Shown here one piece after another: positions 38,701 to 53,200 of a stretch of 64,000 bases of DNA. This DNA is from a virus. Its lineage: Duplodnaviria; Caudoviricetes. Every line of letters begins with the position of its first letter. Positions within the stretch are counted from its first letter, which is position 1. The translations under genes and the position numbers were made by a program. The notes under the pieces were generated by a model that worked only from the letters and a program-made list of their open reading frames with translations, had not been told where the DNA came from and did not search any database. The DNA lies in the IMG/VR virus record IMGVR_UViG_3300025120_009952, positions 1,147 through 65,146 of that record. The stretch is one strand, 5' to 3'.

Positions 38701-41700
38701 CTCCATCTTCGTCGGAAGGTGTCTGTCCTATTGCAAAAGTTGTTGTTGAACCATCCCCTATGTGACTGTTGGTTCTCATTATTGGGGAACCTTGTGCAGG
38801 ATTTGTATAAACTTGCATGTCAAGAGTGTCAAATGTTGTGCCTGGCACAACTTCTTCTGGTGCATGTGAACTGTATTCATCTATAAATTGGTTGCCTTCT
38901 GCAATTACATCACTTGGTTTTGTACCCGCCAAACTGTCTGTGAACCCAACGCCATCTACATACTTGTCTAATCCAAGTTCATATGACGGAGTAGGAATAC
39001 CATCTTCATCTATAAACTGTCCATCGTATGGTACAGCATCATAATTGGATGCATCATAACTTGCTTCAGTGTCAAATTTTGGACCTATCACTTTGGTGCC
39101 TGGATATTCTAAACCTGACATCAACTGTCCATAAATCACTGTGCTTGAATCTTGCACTCCTGGCATACCAGCATCTGTTGAATAATACTTTTGAATGTAA
39201 TCAACAGCACTCCATTCTTCCAAATATGCAGTTATGTCTGTTGTGGCAGTGCTGTCTGCTAATTCTACTGCATCTGTGAATAACTTGCCTGACTTGAATT
39301 GCTGTAAAACTTTGAATATCTGATTTTCAAATCTTATGTTGTCCGCAGTGTATGTTGTTTCTGCTTTCCATTCAGCAATGGTTGTGTTGATTAATATGTT
39401 TGTTCCGGTAGTCCTGTTAAATTGTAAAGTTGTGTTAATTTGTCTAACCTTATCGTTGTCAATTACAGCATACACCTTTGCCGCGATGCCTGTGGAATCT
39501 TCTCTGCCGCCACCTGTAAGTGTGACTGTAGGAGTAGTGGTGTATCCTGAACCTGCGTTAGTAACTGTAATTTTAGAAATAGCGCCATTAGAAACATAAG
39601 CAGTTGCAGTTGCACCTGTGCCTCCGCCTCCGGATATTGTCACTGTTGGTACCTCTGTGTAGTCAGCACCACCGTCCGCAACTATGATCGAACTTAGTCC
39701 AAGTTTGTAATTGTCCTTATAGATCTTACTTGGATTGATTGTGTATCTTGTGTCGTATTGTGAATTGTTCACATCTGGTGCTTGATATTTTTGTGCTGTT
39801 TTGTCCCAATATGCCGCATTGTCGAAGTCTGTCATGTCGGCACCAAAGGTTTCAGTCTTTGCATAATTTACTCTGTACTGTCTAACTTTTGTGTGGAATG
39901 GTTTGACTTCATCGATATAACTCAACAGTGCATCTTGTTGATCCGGTTTGTATGTTGGATCCGTGGATAAATTTTTAAGATCATTCTCAACTGTCAAGAA
40001 AGATGTTTTTATTGCCCAATCAACATACAGTTGTTCTGCTAATATCTGCTGGATGCTGAAGAACCAAAGTTTGTTCCATTCTGCACCTAAGTCATCTATG
40101 TAAATGTCATCTATCACACCATCAATGATATTCCTTAATTCTATTATAGGTTGTTGATCAAAATTGTTTTGATCAAATGTATCACTGTCGTATCCTAGTG
40201 CATTGTCTTTGTAGGAATAAGCATTTTCTTTTATTTCTATAGTGCCATTGCCAAGTCCTATTTCATCATACTCTGCTGTGGCAGTTTTAACAAGCAATCT
40301 AAAATTACCGTCAAAGGATGTTTCAATTTTTACTGTGTCGCCTACATCAAATTTTGCGTCCGCTGGCAACAATAAATCTTCTGTTACTATAGTGTGATTG
40401 ACAATAGTGTCCTTGCTATATCCTTTTGCATACCAATCTTTGTATGTCCAGTACTGTGTAGTATCATACGATTGAACTCTTGTACGTTTCCATGTGTTGT
40501 CTGCTTCGTAAATGTATATTGACCAATAACCGTTTGATTCTGTGTCACTAGCAACTAATACTTCCGTGCCTGTTGTAAGTGACGGTGTGTTTTGTTTGTT
40601 GAGGTATAAAAGTTCTGTGTAGTCTTGGACCTTAATATCCCATTCACCGGATAATGCTGTAGGTTCTTGCTCTTTTAAATTAAATGTTGATAAATTTTTA
40701 GTCGAAACAATCTTATAATCTTTCAAGACTGCATTGATGTTTTCTACAAAGGCAGTAAGAACCACAGTTCTGTTTACAATCATAGATTGTCCATCTTCTA
40801 TTCCGTAACGTTGCGTTTCACTTAAAGTGTTATTAGGCACTTGATTGTTGTTCTCATCTCTGCCTACTATTGAACTTATTAATTTCTTTCGTAATATGTT
40901 GTTTGGTTTTGATTGATCATCACCTTGTTTCACTATCAACCATTCATCATGTTTAGGTAATGCATCGTCCACAGTTGCCCATTCGATGTGATGTACAATG
41001 TTATCATCGTCTAGGAATGGTCCAATGTTTGCATAACTGATCGCATTGTCTTTCAAGAACGCATTGTAGGCATAACCAACAGCACCAGGATCTGCTATAA
41101 GTCTTGCCACTGTTGTTGCACTTATGCCCCTAGTAGGATTGTTTGGAACTATGCTTGGGTTAAGCACCCAGAAATAATATTTTGTTACAAATGTCTGTGT
41201 AGTAGTGTCAAAGAAAGACTTGGTGCTGAAATATCTTTCGACCATTGCAGTTCCGGACACTCCCACTTCGTTGCCTTCTTGACTGTTAGTAAGTTGATTC
41301 CAAGCACTAGGTGGCTTGTCGAACTCTACCCACTCCATGACATCTACAGTAGAACCAGGAAATCTTGCTCCCCAGTTTTCGTTTCTGAATTCTGCAGTTC
41401 CTTGTTCATACCAAATGTAAACTAGACGCGAAGTGTTCAACCAAAGTTCTCCTACATGTTCTCTGCCCCATGATCTGCTTTCATCTATTACCGGCGCCCT
41501 TTCAATCTGTCTCTGTAAACGTTCTGCATTGGTGCCTGTTAAGTTAACATCTGTGTAAACTGCTGGATCATGATCAGAAATAAATTTAAGTTCCGCATCA
41601 GCCGGTCCTGGAAATTTACCTTTGATCGGATCAATCCAATCAATGAATCCAACTGTCTTGTTGTTGTTTGTATCATACAAGTAATTTTGTTTGATCTTGT

Positions 41701-44700
41701 TTGGATCTATTAAGTCTTCTTGTTGCGAAATTATTTCCCAACCAGTTGCAGATGAAGTGCCTTTGTTATATTCTATCATCAACCCACTGTTTGATCCTTT
41801 TGTGTCATCTTTTGGTGCACCAGCAAAAACACCAAAGTTGAATACTGAGATACCTGTACCAAATCTATCTCCTTGGTCAACTTCACTGCTGACCAGTTGC
41901 TGATCTAAAGCATAATAATTTCCATATTGTCCATATATTCTAACAGTTCCTGCCTCAAGTTCTGGATCAACAAATTTTGTTGTTGCAAAATCGAAAGTTG
42001 TTTCATTTAAAACAGTTGACCCATCATTTTTAAATTTGTCAAATGTTACAATCTTGTTTGCAGTTGCATTTTGACTAGACACTGCCATTACAGATGTTGT
42101 AGCATCCATTGAAGTCGTATGTCCAAACCTATTAAACATGTCTGGTGCATTAGAATCTATCACTTGTTGCTGTTGATATCTATAAACTTTAAACACTGTA
42201 TTCATTTTTGGTGCTTGAGTAAATGTTAAACTGTATGATGATCCATCTACAGAAAAAGATCTACCAGAAGCAAGGTTATCTGCAGAATATAATATAGTAT
42301 CTGTAGTTTCTTGTGTTGTATCTGCCTGGGCACCACCTATTGTGCTCCATGTTACTGTGCTGTCCGGTGCTGTTTCGTACACACCAATATTGGTTTCGCT
42401 AGTAGGAGCAAAACTTAATGTGTATATTGTGCTCGATCCGTCTGCTGTAAATGATTCCGACGACTGTTTGAAAGTGTACACCCTACCTGTCTCAGGAGCA
42501 CCTGTTGGATTGTATCCTGGGGCGCCTACGACAATGTTACCTGCATCAGTGTCCATCGACACAGAGTAACCAAACTCAAGTCCAACCTGTTTAGTTGTTG
42601 GCACAAGTTTTGCTACCTGTACATAAATGCCATTGCCATCGTCTGCATAAACAAATACAGCACCGTTTGAACTTGTAGAATCAGAACCTTGTATTGCATG
42701 ATATGGAGCACCAACTGCCACAAATTGTCCAGTCTTGTCAGTGGCTACACTCCATCCAAATTTGTCACCAGTCATCAATTCCGAATCTTTTATAATTCCA
42801 TATGCGTCATATCCTAATGTTGTTGCGTTGTATTTGTAAATTTCTACTCGGCCTGTGTTTGAATCGGATCCTGGCACACCAAAAACTGCATGATTGCCAT
42901 CTCCAGACATAGCAACCGAGTGTCCAAAGTTTTCATTTGATGCCGGAGGATTGCCTGTAACTGTTTGTATTGTTCCCCATGTTCCTGATGCATCTTTGTT
43001 GAGTATTTCTGCATAACCTTCTCCTGATAATGTTGTCTCTGCTGACGCAACAAATCCAATTATCTCAGTCTCACCATCTGTGCTGGTTCCAGTAACTTGA
43101 TAATCTTCTGCTAGGATAGTGTCTGTCTCTATTGCCAACACATAAGTTGTAGAGTTCCATGATTTTACAGTGCCAGAACCAATCAACGAACTTGATGCAT
43201 TATAAATTTTAACAGAATTGTTTACTTTAAAATCTAATGTAGAACTAAAGTCGCCACCGTCCAGCGTTACAACTTTTACAAATCCTGATGCAAATGGAGC
43301 CGACACAACCAATCTATTTTCTGTATCATGTGCAAGTGCAATAGCATGGCCATATCTGTCAAATTCTGTTTTCTTTGTAGCACTACTGCTTTCTGCTGTT
43401 GCTGATTCTTCTATGGTAAGTGCAGTTGCACTCTCAATTGTTTGGACAGTATATTTTTTGCTACTGGCTGTGATTATTCTATCACCCACTGTCAACTCTG
43501 TGTCAAATATTGTGTTGGTACCTGTGACTGATGAACTGCCGAGTGTAAACACAAAGGTTCCAGTCAAGTTTGTTGCACCAATGCTGACATGTGCAGGATT
43601 TATTGTGAATGTGTTCGAAAATGCTCCATAATCATTTCTAGTTTCAAGGTGCAGTTTCCCTCCTTGGTCTCCGGGGGCACCAACAAAAACGTTTTTGCCT
43701 GTTTTGTCGGATGCAATAGCATGTCCGTATTCACTAAACTGTTGCCTGTTGATGTCGTATTGTTTAATTTTTTCTACATAAGGCAGTGTGTTGATATAAT
43801 TTACCCACTTGCCAGTGTAGTTTGTTTCATAACTGTTAGTGACTGTTACTATATCATCTTTCCTCCAACCTCTTAATGGAGCAGATGTGTTAATGTCTGC
43901 TGTGGTTGATAGTTTGAGTGATACAAGTTTAAGCAAGTTGCCGTTTTTAGTCATCGACGAGCCATCCTCACCAGGTAACTCATTCAATAGTTCGATCGAA
44001 AATTCGTTGTTGCCTTCGACGGTGCTGTCCATGGACCCTCTTTCAGGTATCTCATATATGCCATCTATTGCCGCATCAACGTCTCTCAGCAATATAATAT
44101 CGTCTTTGGCCAAATTGTGTGGTTTGTCTGTTGTTATTTTTATTTGATCTCCGCCCAACACAGTTGACCCATCACCTTCGAATTTATCAAAACGTGATAC
44201 TTTGATATTTGTCTCAGTCACCCTGTATAAGTTCCATTGTCTGTCCTGTCCTCTTGCAATCCAAATTGTAGTGCCTACAGTATAAAATTGTGGACTTGGT
44301 TCAGTCAGTAAATCTGACATTTCTAATTTTGCAAAGTTTACATACTCAGGATTTACAGGACCAGCATTGGCAAATTTGAACACATTCAAAGCACTGTTGA
44401 AGCCATTGTGATAGTTAGGATCGTAAGCAATAAATGGTTTGCCATTATAGTTGTTTGGCTCAATTCTAAGATTGGATTTTGCAACTTGGTATGAAGGATC
44501 ATCTGCATTTACCTGTGATACACTTTCAACAAACTTTGCCAGTTTTGGATTTTCACCAAAAGATTTTTCATCTATTGCAAACTCGATGTCTTCTTGTGTT
44601 CTTCTGCCACCATATGCACCTGTTCTAAACGCCCATTCCTCATAAACATTGTATTTGTTCGAGTCGCTTGACCTAAATTGTGCATTAAGCAGTTTTGTAA

Positions 44701-47700
44701 TAGAATTAATTGTGCCTTTTTCTCTTATGAAACCTTGATAGAACTTGTATTGTGCATTTTCATCCATGCCAAGATCTTCTAGGTACTGTCTTGGTTGGTA
44801 ACCTATCAGGTGTCTTGCTAAATTCTGCTGTCCTTCATCAAAATTATCTGTGTCTAAGTTGTAGAAGTCCTCAAACTGTGCAGATCTATAATCAAAGTTT
44901 GGCAGTAACTTGCTCTCTGGTGCTTCGTTTTTCAAAGTCCAATTAATGTTAATAAAGTTTTCAGTGCCTGCATGTCTTTTCTTAGCAACATAAAATTTTG
45001 TTTGGTATTTTACTACATCACCTAAATTGTAATCAGTGAATGATGTCCAGTTTTCAATTTTTGCTTGATCAAATACAAATCCAGGTGCGTAAAGGTCTCC
45101 ATTCCAATCAGCAGTTTTAAATCCTGTGATTTTTAATCTTTCTTGACGATAACCAAGTGCTGGATCATAGATTACATCTGAAAATACTGTTTTGTTATCA
45201 AACAATACCACATGTTCTTTTTGTATTACGTTAAATTTAGCAAAGTAAATGCCATCTTGTGTTGGTGAAGTGGTTAAGACAGTGGTGTTTCCTTGTCTAT
45301 CCATGTTTACATCAGGTAAAGGTATGCCAATACCTTCTTGTTGCATTAATAGGTATCCTTCATATGGGTTCAATAATGAATCAACCACACCAGATGTGTT
45401 TTCATAAGTGATAGATTGTGATGCAGGAGACACAGCAATTACTGTACCAACTGCCCAATTTTGTGTTGACCAAAATAGGAATTCTTTTACACTGAGTGTC
45501 CAATCCGTGTTAGTGTCTAACTCTCTAGAGTACCCATCAAATACAAAACCTTGTGTTTTTAACCAGTGTTCATAACCTTGTATAAAGTTTGCAACTTCCT
45601 GTTTCGTTTTATATTCAGTCCCGTAAGGTACAGTTGTTATATTTGAAAAGAAAGAATTGTATTTTGCAACTGTCACTCCGCCTGTTAGAGGAAGGTTAGA
45701 ACCAATTTCAGTAAGTTTGTCAGTTTCAAATGTTGCACTTGCTGTGAATGAACTGTTGACTCTGTAAAATTTGCCACTGTTCTTGATAATCGAACCAGCA
45801 ACATAGAAGCCACCTATTTGCCATTCACTGAATTCTTCAGTTGTTTGTCCAATTGATATATTAGAACTTAATTGTGTTTCAATGGGTGCATAAATTTTGA
45901 AAGATCTTATTAAAGGATCATATCCTATCACCTTAAAACCTGTTGCGGTCTTTTGTACAATCACTCCACTGTAAGCAGAACTTTGTAAAGGCGAACTTTG
46001 ATTTAAGAAAATTTTATAATTTTCCTGTGGAATGAACACGCTACTACTGGTTGAACCTGGTGACACAGCATCTGCAATAGCCTTTAGATTTGTTTTATCA
46101 CTAAATCCACCAATTTTGTAAGAAAGATTTACGTTAAGATTTACTACAGGATCAGTAAAGTTAGTTTTGACATCTAAATTTTTACCTTTCAGATACTCAA
46201 CAATCAACGGATGGTATCCACTTGCATAATGTTCTTGGGTTTCGCCTGTAAAGTCTACATACGACCCGCCATAAAAAACAAAATCTTTTGGTTGTACTGC
46301 AACTCCTGTGCGATTGTACACATACTGTTCTGCAGGATTTTTAAATATTCTTGCAGTGTCCCACATAACTCCGAAATATCTTGCTGGTGAAGTTAATGCG
46401 TTTATAATCTGTACAGCAAAAGGATAATCTGACGAACGTCTCCATGCCGTCTCTGCCGGAGCATGGTCGCCTGCTACAAAGTCTGCACTCTGTTCATCTT
46501 CACTTGCAACAATTCTATCAACAATAAAATCATTAGGTGAGCGTAAGTTACCTTGTGCATCAACCGGAAGGTATGTGCTTAATCCTGTTCTGATATATCT
46601 ATCATGTGTGCCTGCCCTGTCGCCTTCTTTAATAAATCCATTTTCTAGATCATTCCATAAAATATCATTGCCTGCTGTGTATGGTGCCGCTCCATATCTG
46701 CTTTCCCACCAAGTAGGTTGCTCTGCGAAGCCAACCATTTCCCATGGATGGGTGTGCGGACGATCAGTGTCAAATAAATCAACAAAAATTCCACGCCAAA
46801 ATCCTTTGAGCAAGTTTCCTGTTTTCTTGTTTTTGACCTGTGAATAATTCCACGTGAACGGATCTTCTGCGTCATAATTTTTATGCGATGTATAGTCAAC
46901 CTGATTGTCACCAGTCCAATCTAAGAATAACCTATTTTCAATTTCTTTCCATTCAGTCGGTGTCCATGCATCTGATCTAAAATCTCCTGGTCGTTTGCTT
47001 ATGTCATGTAAGTTCTTTTCATCGTAACTAACTTTAATGTTGTTGTAAATCCTTTTTTCTAATTCTAAAACAAAGTCGTCTCTTATATCTCCATATGCTT
47101 TTGTTAGAGATCCATCATGCCCTTGGATTACCGTTATACTGGTCGAGTCATTGAATTGTGTGCGGTATGTGTCATCTATGTACTTCTTGGGTTGGTATGC
47201 TGGATACAGTCCTAAAGCAGAAGGGGTAGGTGGTATGTGACTGCCGTCTGTGTTTGGATACTCTCTTATTTCAATCTTATCACCTATTGTAAAAGTAAAT
47301 TCACTTGTGAATGTTAATGTTGAACTAGACGAATCAAAAGTATAATCTTTGCTGTGCGTTTTTTGTTCATTGTTCACCCATACATAAACTGCTTTGTCAC
47401 TCAATTCTGTTTTGTCAAAAACAGCACTCAGTCCATAAGTTTTGTTTGTGTTGTCTGTAACATTGTATGAAATTTTTGTGTAGTTGTCACCGAACCCTAC
47501 CATGTCACTGTGGAAGAATGCAAATTCTTCGGATTTGTTTGCGGACACTTTTTTAATAATTTCGTCCACTCTATCTCTTACTTCAGAAGAGATCTCTTCA
47601 CTAGTTTGTGTAGCATCAATGCTGTCAATCTGCTTTATAAAATTATGTTTAAATTTTGCATATTCTTTACCAACATACTTCAATGCTGAATAAAAATTTG

Positions 47701-50203
47701 CATTAGGGTGCGTTAACAAGAAAGTAGCCAATGGTATGGATCCTTCGTGCTGTGTAATTCTTCTCCCATATGCTTTTGTGTCTGGTAAGTCTTTTAGATT
47801 TGTGTACCCGGGTTGTGTACCAACAAAATCTGTTAAATCTTCTGTAATACTCAACACATGATTGTTCAATTCGCCAAGTGTCAACGATTCAATAGAAGAG
47901 TTTAAACTGTTTCTTTCTAAGTTGTCGGGCATTTCGTAATACCCATTTACATTTTTTGTATTGTAAGGAGCATGTGTTTCCAAAACAATCTTATCTCCTA
48001 TCGTTCTACTTTTTATAAATTTTATAAATTTGTGTTTGTCCTTTGTTTCTATTGTGTAATCTGTTGCCAAAGTTTTTTTAACATTGTTAACAAAAACATC
48101 TATTTCTAATCCTGTCACATCGGCCACGTTGTTATAGGTTTTGATCTTAAATGTTTTTAGTTCGTCTTTGACAACGATTACATCAATAACTCTTTGTTTT
48201 GTTAATCGTTTTTGTTTTGTCCAACTGTTACGCAACTGAAAGGACACTGTGGTATTGTTGGTGCTGTCTACACCGACCTCAACATCAACTAAATTCTTCT
48301 TATAGTATGCAGAAGCAGTGTTGATAGTATTTTTTTGAGCGTTTTCGGCATCCAAATATGTAAGAGACTCTGTGCTAATTGTATTGTTAAAGACTATGTC
48401 TGCTACGGTACCAAAGTTTTCGTATTTTATTTTCACACCATACTCTGTATCTGTCACACCTGTATCTGCTTGTGCTACCTCAAACAATGTAGTGCCTACA
48501 AATGATGATGCAGGGTAACTTGTTGCATCAGTAAGTGCTGTGCCAGAACTGTTAAACAAGTCAAATAAAGGTGCTTGTTGCACTTTTGTCTTTTGTTGGC
48601 ATTCTACCCATGCACTGCCATCGAACCTATATTGCTTGCCTTTGTTTGCTGTTCCGTTACTGACTACAACCGTACTGCCTTCTACTGGTTCTTCTTCGAG
48701 TGCGAGATCTAGATAAAGCACATTGGAACTATCGACACTCACAAACGTCACAGTGTATATGTTGCTTTTGACTGATGCATCAGTATCGTTTTGGAATATT
48801 ATTCTGTCTCCTTGTTGCAATTCTACCGAATCGATGAAGTACCCAAGTTGTCCGTTAACAAAAGAAAATGCATCAGTAGAGGCAGTTTCGATTGCCGTTA
48901 CAGGTTTCAACCCTATGTTCCCATAGTTGTAAAGTTGTATTCCTCCTTCGAACTGAATGATTGGTCTTTTTGCTCTTGCTGTTTGATCCAATAAAACTGT
49001 GTGTCCGTTGTATGTTGCTGTATTTTTTATAACTGATTCGTGGAACCATCTGTTTGATCTTGACCAAGAATTAAAATCCTTCGAATTTCTATTGATAGTA
49101 AAATAATCTTTTTCTACTGGTACATTGTCACCAGCATCCCATGGATTTTCATCAAAGTTTTGTGTGCCATCTTGATCCCAAACTACAGTGGATGTAGCAG
49201 AACTGAATCCTTCTGGTACGACCATTCTATCTGTGCCTAGTAAAACAATCTCATTGCCTACTCCTTCGACATAGTATTCTTTATTTTTATAAGCCGCAGG
49301 TATCGATCCTGCAAATTTAATTTTAAGTCCGTTTTCAAAAACTACAGAGTTTGAATCTGTGTAAGTTTTTTTGCCTAGTATTTCAGTTGTGATATCAACT
49401 GTTGTAAATCCGTCCTGTAAGTCTTCTATAATGATATTGCCTTGCATAGAACTATGTCTACCACATGCATAAAAAAGTAAGTCAGGCAAGTCACCGCCTT
49501 GATCGGTAGCAGGCACTGTGAATGTAACTGTACCTACGTCTTGTCCTTGGTCAGTAGTTCCTGTGTCGTACTGGGAACCGGCTCCATCTATCTTTTGTGT
49601 TTTGATATAAAATGGATGTCCTTTGGCGTCAACTTCGAAATTGTATGTGTTTCCCCTGTACAGTGTAAGATTTGGATTGTCACCTGTGTATCCACTAAAG
49701 TTGTATGCTCCTGCGGCATTGTTTGTTACCTTGATTGTGCTAGTGCTACCTGGAGTAGAAATATTTACAGGTACTACACTAGGTCCTTGTGGTAACCAAT
49801 AGTAATTTCTATAATTTACTAATGTGTCGACATCGACAGGAGGTGCCCATGAATGAGATTGTTGTTTAAATAATCTATCATGGTTGGCCTTGTTGCCACC
49901 TAAGAATTCAAGTTGGTTAGCAAGGTCAATGTATGAAGAATAATAATCTACTGTGCCATCGTCTTTGACATAGTTGACACTAGGTTCTAACTGATAGTTT
50001 TTCCTGTCGTCATTTATTTCGTCAAGGTAATTGTCTGTGTTTTTAAAACTAGGACCTTTTTGCGAACCAATGAATCCAGATATTTTTTCTAATTCACCTT
50101 TCTGTGTCCACTGATCCAGTGTGGCGTTTAAGAATTTCTTATTACGTTCTGTTTGAAAAACTTCAGGTAATAGCGTAGTGGTTGTTCTAGAAACCGTTGC
50201 CAT
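35792..50203 (-). CDS. giant 4803-aa multidomain baseplate/virion protein (in the gp7-like position)
   Basis: Uninterrupted ORF after gp6; cupredoxin-like module, FG-GAP propeller, GDGST repeats, EVKPFHTK wedge-type motif. Confidence 0.8.
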   Translation of the reverse strand: MATVSRTTTTLLPEVFQTERNKKFLNATLDQWTQKGELEKISGFIGSQKGPSFKNTDNYLDEINDDRKNYQLEPSVNYVKDDGTVDYYSSYIDLANQLEFLGGNKANHDRLFKQQSHSWAPPVDVDTLVNYRNYYWLPQGPSVVPVNISTPGSTSTIKVTNNAAGAYNFSGYTGDNPNLTLYRGNTYNFEVDAKGHPFYIKTQKIDGAGSQYDTGTTDQGQDVGTVTFTVPATDQGGDLPDLLFYACGRHSSMQGNIIIEDLQDGFTTVDITTEILGKKTYTDSNSVVFENGLKIKFAGSIPAAYKNKEYYVEGVGNEIVLLGTDRMVVPEGFSSATSTVVWDQDGTQNFDENPWDAGDNVPVEKDYFTINRNSKDFNSWSRSNRWFHESVIKNTATYNGHTVLLDQTARAKRPIIQFEGGIQLYNYGNIGLKPVTAIETASTDAFSFVNGQLGYFIDSVELQQGDRIIFQNDTDASVKSNIYTVTFVSVDSSNVLYLDLALEEEPVEGSTVVVSNGTANKGKQYRFDGSAWVECQQKTKVQQAPLFDLFNSSGTALTDATSYPASSFVGTTLFEVAQADTGVTDTEYGVKIKYENFGTVADIVFNNTISTESLTYLDAENAQKNTINTASAYYKKNLVDVEVGVDSTNNTTVSFQLRNSWTKQKRLTKQRVIDVIVVKDELKTFKIKTYNNVADVTGLEIDVFVNNVKKTLATDYTIETKDKHKFIKFIKSRTIGDKIVLETHAPYNTKNVNGYYEMPDNLERNSLNSSIESLTLGELNNHVLSITEDLTDFVGTQPGYTNLKDLPDTKAYGRRITQHEGSIPLATFLLTHPNANFYSALKYVGKEYAKFKHNFIKQIDSIDATQTSEEISSEVRDRVDEIIKKVSANKSEEFAFFHSDMVGFGDNYTKISYNVTDNTNKTYGLSAVFDKTELSDKAVYVWVNNEQKTHSKDYTFDSSSSTLTFTSEFTFTIGDKIEIREYPNTDGSHIPPTPSALGLYPAYQPKKYIDDTYRTQFNDSTSITVIQGHDGSLTKAYGDIRDDFVLELEKRIYNNIKVSYDEKNLHDISKRPGDFRSDAWTPTEWKEIENRLFLDWTGDNQVDYTSHKNYDAEDPFTWNYSQVKNKKTGNLLKGFWRGIFVDLFDTDRPHTHPWEMVGFAEQPTWWESRYGAAPYTAGNDILWNDLENGFIKEGDRAGTHDRYIRTGLSTYLPVDAQGNLRSPNDFIVDRIVASEDEQSADFVAGDHAPAETAWRRSSDYPFAVQIINALTSPARYFGVMWDTARIFKNPAEQYVYNRTGVAVQPKDFVFYGGSYVDFTGETQEHYASGYHPLIVEYLKGKNLDVKTNFTDPVVNLNVNLSYKIGGFSDKTNLKAIADAVSPGSTSSSVFIPQENYKIFLNQSSPLQSSAYSGVIVQKTATGFKVIGYDPLIRSFKIYAPIETQLSSNISIGQTTEEFSEWQIGGFYVAGSIIKNSGKFYRVNSSFTASATFETDKLTEIGSNLPLTGGVTVAKYNSFFSNITTVPYGTEYKTKQEVANFIQGYEHWLKTQGFVFDGYSRELDTNTDWTLSVKEFLFWSTQNWAVGTVIAVSPASQSITYENTSGVVDSLLNPYEGYLLMQQEGIGIPLPDVNMDRQGNTTVLTTSPTQDGIYFAKFNVIQKEHVVLFDNKTVFSDVIYDPALGYRQERLKITGFKTADWNGDLYAPGFVFDQAKIENWTSFTDYNLGDVVKYQTKFYVAKKRHAGTENFININWTLKNEAPESKLLPNFDYRSAQFEDFYNLDTDNFDEGQQNLARHLIGYQPRQYLEDLGMDENAQYKFYQGFIREKGTINSITKLLNAQFRSSDSNKYNVYEEWAFRTGAYGGRRTQEDIEFAIDEKSFGENPKLAKFVESVSQVNADDPSYQVAKSNLRIEPNNYNGKPFIAYDPNYHNGFNSALNVFKFANAGPVNPEYVNFAKLEMSDLLTEPSPQFYTVGTTIWIARGQDRQWNLYRVTETNIKVSRFDKFEGDGSTVLGGDQIKITTDKPHNLAKDDIILLRDVDAAIDGIYEIPERGSMDSTVEGNNEFSIELLNELPGEDGSSMTKNGNLLKLVSLKLSTTADINTSAPLRGWRKDDIVTVTNSYETNYTGKWVNYINTLPYVEKIKQYDINRQQFSEYGHAIASDKTGKNVFVGAPGDQGGKLHLETRNDYGAFSNTFTINPAHVSIGATNLTGTFVFTLGSSSVTGTNTIFDTELTVGDRIITASSKKYTVQTIESATALTIEESATAESSSATKKTEFDRYGHAIALAHDTENRLVVSAPFASGFVKVVTLDGGDFSSTLDFKVNNSVKIYNASSSLIGSGTVKSWNSTTYVLAIETDTILAEDYQVTGTSTDGETEIIGFVASAETTLSGEGYAEILNKDASGTWGTIQTVTGNPPASNENFGHSVAMSGDGNHAVFGVPGSDSNTGRVEIYKYNATTLGYDAYGIIKDSELMTGDKFGWSVATDKTGQFVAVGAPYHAIQGSDSTSSNGAVFVYADDGNGIYVQVAKLVPTTKQVGLEFGYSVSMDTDAGNIVVGAPGYNPTGAPETGRVYTFKQSSESFTADGSSTIYTLSFAPTSETNIGVYETAPDSTVTWSTIGGAQADTTQETTDTILYSADNLASGRSFSVDGSSYSLTFTQAPKMNTVFKVYRYQQQQVIDSNAPDMFNRFGHTTSMDATTSVMAVSSQNATANKIVTFDKFKNDGSTVLNETTFDFATTKFVDPELEAGTVRIYGQYGNYYALDQQLVSSEVDQGDRFGTGISVFNFGVFAGAPKDDTKGSNSGLMIEYNKGTSSATGWEIISQQEDLIDPNKIKQNYLYDTNNNKTVGFIDWIDPIKGKFPGPADAELKFISDHDPAVYTDVNLTGTNAERLQRQIERAPVIDESRSWGREHVGELWLNTSRLVYIWYEQGTAEFRNENWGARFPGSTVDVMEWVEFDKPPSAWNQLTNSQEGNEVGVSGTAMVERYFSTKSFFDTTTQTFVTKYYFWVLNPSIVPNNPTRGISATTVARLIADPGAVGYAYNAFLKDNAISYANIGPFLDDDNIVHHIEWATVDDALPKHDEWLIVKQGDDQSKPNNILRKKLISSIVGRDENNNQVPNNTLSETQRYGIEDGQSMIVNRTVVLTAFVENINAVLKDYKIVSTKNLSTFNLKEQEPTALSGEWDIKVQDYTELLYLNKQNTPSLTTGTEVLVASDTESNGYWSIYIYEADNTWKRTRVQSYDTTQYWTYKDWYAKGYSKDTIVNHTIVTEDLLLPADAKFDVGDTVKIETSFDGNFRLLVKTATAEYDEIGLGNGTIEIKENAYSYKDNALGYDSDTFDQNNFDQQPIIELRNIIDGVIDDIYIDDLGAEWNKLWFFSIQQILAEQLYVDWAIKTSFLTVENDLKNLSTDPTYKPDQQDALLSYIDEVKPFHTKVRQYRVNYAKTETFGADMTDFDNAAYWDKTAQKYQAPDVNNSQYDTRYTINPSKIYKDNYKLGLSSIIVADGGADYTEVPTVTISGGGGTGATATAYVSNGAISKITVTNAGSGYTTTPTVTLTGGGREDSTGIAAKVYAVIDNDKVRQINTTLQFNRTTGTNILINTTIAEWKAETTYTADNIRFENQIFKVLQQFKSGKLFTDAVELADSTATTDITAYLEEWSAVDYIQKYYSTDAGMPGVQDSSTVIYGQLMSGLEYPGTKVIGPKFDTEASYDASNYDAVPYDGQFIDEDGIPTPSYELGLDKYVDGVGFTDSLAGTKPSDVIAEGNQFIDEYSSHAPEEVVPGTTFDTLDMQVYTNPAQGSPIMRTNSHIGDGSTTTFAIGQTPSDEDGVFVWVEGNLRRRVKNDSSSDYSIGANNTVVFTSAPAAGRLITIQSFSISGSKISIKRDFTGNGSKKVFNLPVPFTLADSTINLSKTAFVTVNGVVTTATLSEGDDSASTDVTFGTAPANGSTVQITLFDGDAGEQTYSQVNTQTIKSDGSTTTYALSQTPAEFGPLHNTVIIERNGERLTPPDTAYYSGDGSTFAFNLPTTINAAAIPSVADVEVYLNGERQTAGVDWFLNDIGITADQSDDTADQNNVTADSAAVTGTGVVFFNTRPNDGDGVAIVVKIGHDYIIEGTNLITTSMGDENDELRVTSFTNHDLLGIRTEIFKGSGLVDAALGTYQSLITKDPVTTSGVTIDTFNTDSVTSVKYFVVATSGSDNTQSEVLTVTTDGTNVSHTVLATVHATGTTDFVTYDATISSGVVTVKATATDNVTKVKAHRMAVLSSDINAIQPINSNQSAFTKQYTSTGTATTVYELDTSSYRGAEIFVTVSDGTSNETSQLYIGYNGTTAFHTAYNVLPADGSVSRNTFAVSHSGSTLTLTLTNSLSSAVNVFGIASNLGTATVTENDTGIEFIGSQTLDTASTTLDSFDLTSANFDGAYYQILVESANDSTDEDYEFATIHVAAKSGNVSHVQYGQVSDNQLADFSVSISGTTVSLNASGSSAGNTVYIYKLGFDTASAQTDSNVGGFYTLSRIPTNTDYLWVTYNGDIQIAGTDYELRNNKIFIPRASYANTDTVVVTSIVTTKTQEAIGYRLFKDMINRTHYKRLSDAHNTTLSKALSITDSEIFVADASVLPIPNLDSNIPGIVFINKERITYFARDLGENSLGQIMRGTLGTGAVDTHPSGTVVTDAGDSQTIPGYSDTVTTCKHTADGSTNSFALYGADSTAFIPRSDGADVTVFVGGVKQRSGFTFNGSSATITFTTAPANGRRVEVVRKTGRVWVDQGTSTAGDGTGLQGATGPEATFLLNSPTKLP

Positions 50204-50206
50204 CTA

Positions 50207-53200
50207 CTAGTACCCCGAACCTGAACCTGATGAACTTGATGATCCCGATGAACTTGATGATCCCGATGCACTTGATGAACTTGTAGTAGTTGTGTTAGTC
50301 GTTGTGGACACACTGCCTCCTGCTGTTGCTGATGCAGTCGAAGATGTTGTAGTTGCGGATGTAATAACTGTGCCGCTTGCCTTGATGTTTCCTTGTGATA
50401 TAGAAGGTATAATTTCTACATCGTCCACTGTGGCTCCACTAACAAATATTTCATCTGAATTAGATTCAATTTGGAAAAGTGATCCAAATGCAGTATCTTG
50501 TTTGTTAGGTACAATCACTATAGAACTAATTTTTGGTGCCAAAGCATTGTGGATATATGTTGAAAGTTCTGTGTAAAAGAAAGAATCACCAAATGTCCAG
50601 TTATTCAAACTGAAATAATTGTTAATTGCATTAATAACCGACGTTTTTATGTCGTTATCAGTGACTGTCAGTGCTGTATTTTTAACAACTTTAAAAGTAG
50701 CCTGTAATGTACCATCCGCATTAGGGCCAAACAGTAGTTTATATTTGACGGGTCTATAGACGATTTCATCTGATACGTTTTTGTATGTGCTAAGAGTAGG
50801 ATCATAGGATGTTCTCAATGCCGCTGTAGACGGCGACGCAGGTGCTGTACCAATTTGTCCATTGTATATCCATTGTCTAAATTCAGTATCGTATGCAGTA
50901 GTAAGAATATGTAAATCAATCAAGTTGCTAACAGATGGATCAATACGTCTATCATATCTTGCCGCATGTTCGTAATTGTAATTTAAACTATCTCTACCTA
51001 TGTCTGCTTTGTAATCATCTGACACATCTACTAATGCTCCTTTTGATGAATCATATTGTTGTATTGTGCTTGAGTTGTAAAAATGGAACAGTTGTCCGTT
51101 TGAATATTGTGTAAGATCAACACCAGTGCCACCAGATGATAGTACGAAGTCAGTACTTGCTACCACATCATAATAATCAGACGCTTTGCTTACATCACGT
51201 TTGAAGTACACATACTTTGCTGATTCATTCTTGGTTGGATTGACCACACTAGAAAATAGATCTGGATTGTCAACAACACCGTCGTCATCTGAATCATTAA
51301 ATGATACTGCAACTTCTCTAGTGTCATTAAATCCAGTAGATAAAACTCTATTGCCAACAATAGCAAATGCATAGTCTTCCGACAGTTGCACAGTGCTATC
51401 AGGCATTGTGTTAAATTTTAAAACTTTTACTTGATCTCTCACAACTTTACCTGTTGTTGCATTGAATATTTTTTGATCTTCGTCATAGAAGAATCTATTT
51501 TTGCTTGCCGATCTGAAAACATAATTTAAGTTTCTAGTTTTCATTGTGTAAACTTGATTAGTTGCTGTAAACTTTAACAACCAACTTGCATCTCTGTTTG
51601 CTCCGGATGTGTTTCCTTGGAATCCTAAATCAAACGTACCATCTGCATTTAAGTTTGTTTCTGATATGAACTCCCATGCATTCGTATCAATATCGAATGT
51701 TAATCCAAAATTTTCAAAATTCTTAATAGCATCAATCATTGTGCTTTCAATAATACTTGTGGTGTTGATTGCGAAAGCAGGGATAACTTCTTTTATTATC
51801 GCTGTGCTTGGCACCTTGTCTGATAAAATAATTGGACCTGTGCCGTCTGTGAAGTTTCCTTTTCCGTAGTTTGCACCATCTTGTTTTACACTTACAACTT
51901 TTGTCCATATCACTGATTGTGATCCTGCATGGCCAACAGCGCCTGACATCAGTGTACCGTTCGCCATAAAGTGTTTTCCTGCAGGTGCTTCAAATTTTAT
52001 TAACGCACCAGGCTTAACGTACTTTAAATTATTAGTAGTATAGTCACCGACTGCTAATGGGCCTGTTTCACTAAAGTAACCTGAGTATGTGTTAGTTGCT
52101 TCGGTGCTGAGCGTCCATGTGTAATTTGATCCAGTGCTTTGTCTTGTATATTTGTCGTAATAAAAATCTCTCACGCCCACAGATTTTAAGGTAGGATTAA
52201 TTGTGTTAGCAATGATCCCTTGTATCTCGCTGTTTGACTGGTATGAGAATGTTGTAGTTGGTTCAACAAATTCACGATATACCAAACCTTCATCTGCAAA
52301 AATATTTGTCGATGAATAAGCACCTGTTGGATCGATCAAGTCATAATATCTTGAAATTCCTGATGCTGTTCTGTTGACTGCTTTTGTTTTTGCAATGCCT
52401 TGGAACTGTGTCAAAGGTACAATCTGATAATCTTCTGCTGTGGTCATTCTGTTGTTAGAATAATATGCCTGTGGTGCTTTTGTTTTGATATCTAAGTTTG
52501 ATTCAGTTGCTACTGCATTATCAACAGTAGTCTGCAAATCCATAGTAACTGTTAATGTGTTCAGTTGTCCTTTGGCATTTCTATATTGCACTGATGCTGT
52601 TACGCCACGCATGTCTCTAGGTCTAATTGTGTAAGTTGCATTTATAGAACTACGATAATAAGCACGGAATAGTCCGTTTGGATTTTCTCCAAACACTCCA
52701 TCTGCAAAGACAAGGTCAACTGCATCGTTGGCTCTTGTGTTTACACTGAAAATTTTCCTTACTGATTCTGATAATGAATTGTAAATTGCATTGTTACCTG
52801 TGATAGCAGGAATCTTTGTCCATGCATTATCTATTGTGCCATTCTGTGTTAAATCATACAGCCACACATCTGAATTGTTGATGTTGTTTTTATCTATAGA
52901 CACTGTGGTGTTCGGAGATGGATTAGAAACAGTGAATTCTGAAAATCCTAGATCACCTTGTTTGAACAACATGAAAAATCCTGTGTTCTCAGATGAGTTG
53001 CCTTTGCCGTCTGCTCTATACAACATACCTAATCTATTTCCTGGTATAGGTGATTCTTCGTAAATGTAATTTTGATTTCTAAATGTTGCACTTACAATTT
53101 CAAATGGCATTGGTTGTGAATTTACATTTCTTGTAAATTTTAAAACAGGAACATCGTTATTTGTAGTTGCGAATTTGTATTGGTGTGTCACTATACCGCC

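Noticed and set aside
50128-50313. ORF with VHRDHQ repeats
   Set aside because: It is an alternative-frame reading of the 18-bp repeat in the gp6 tail.
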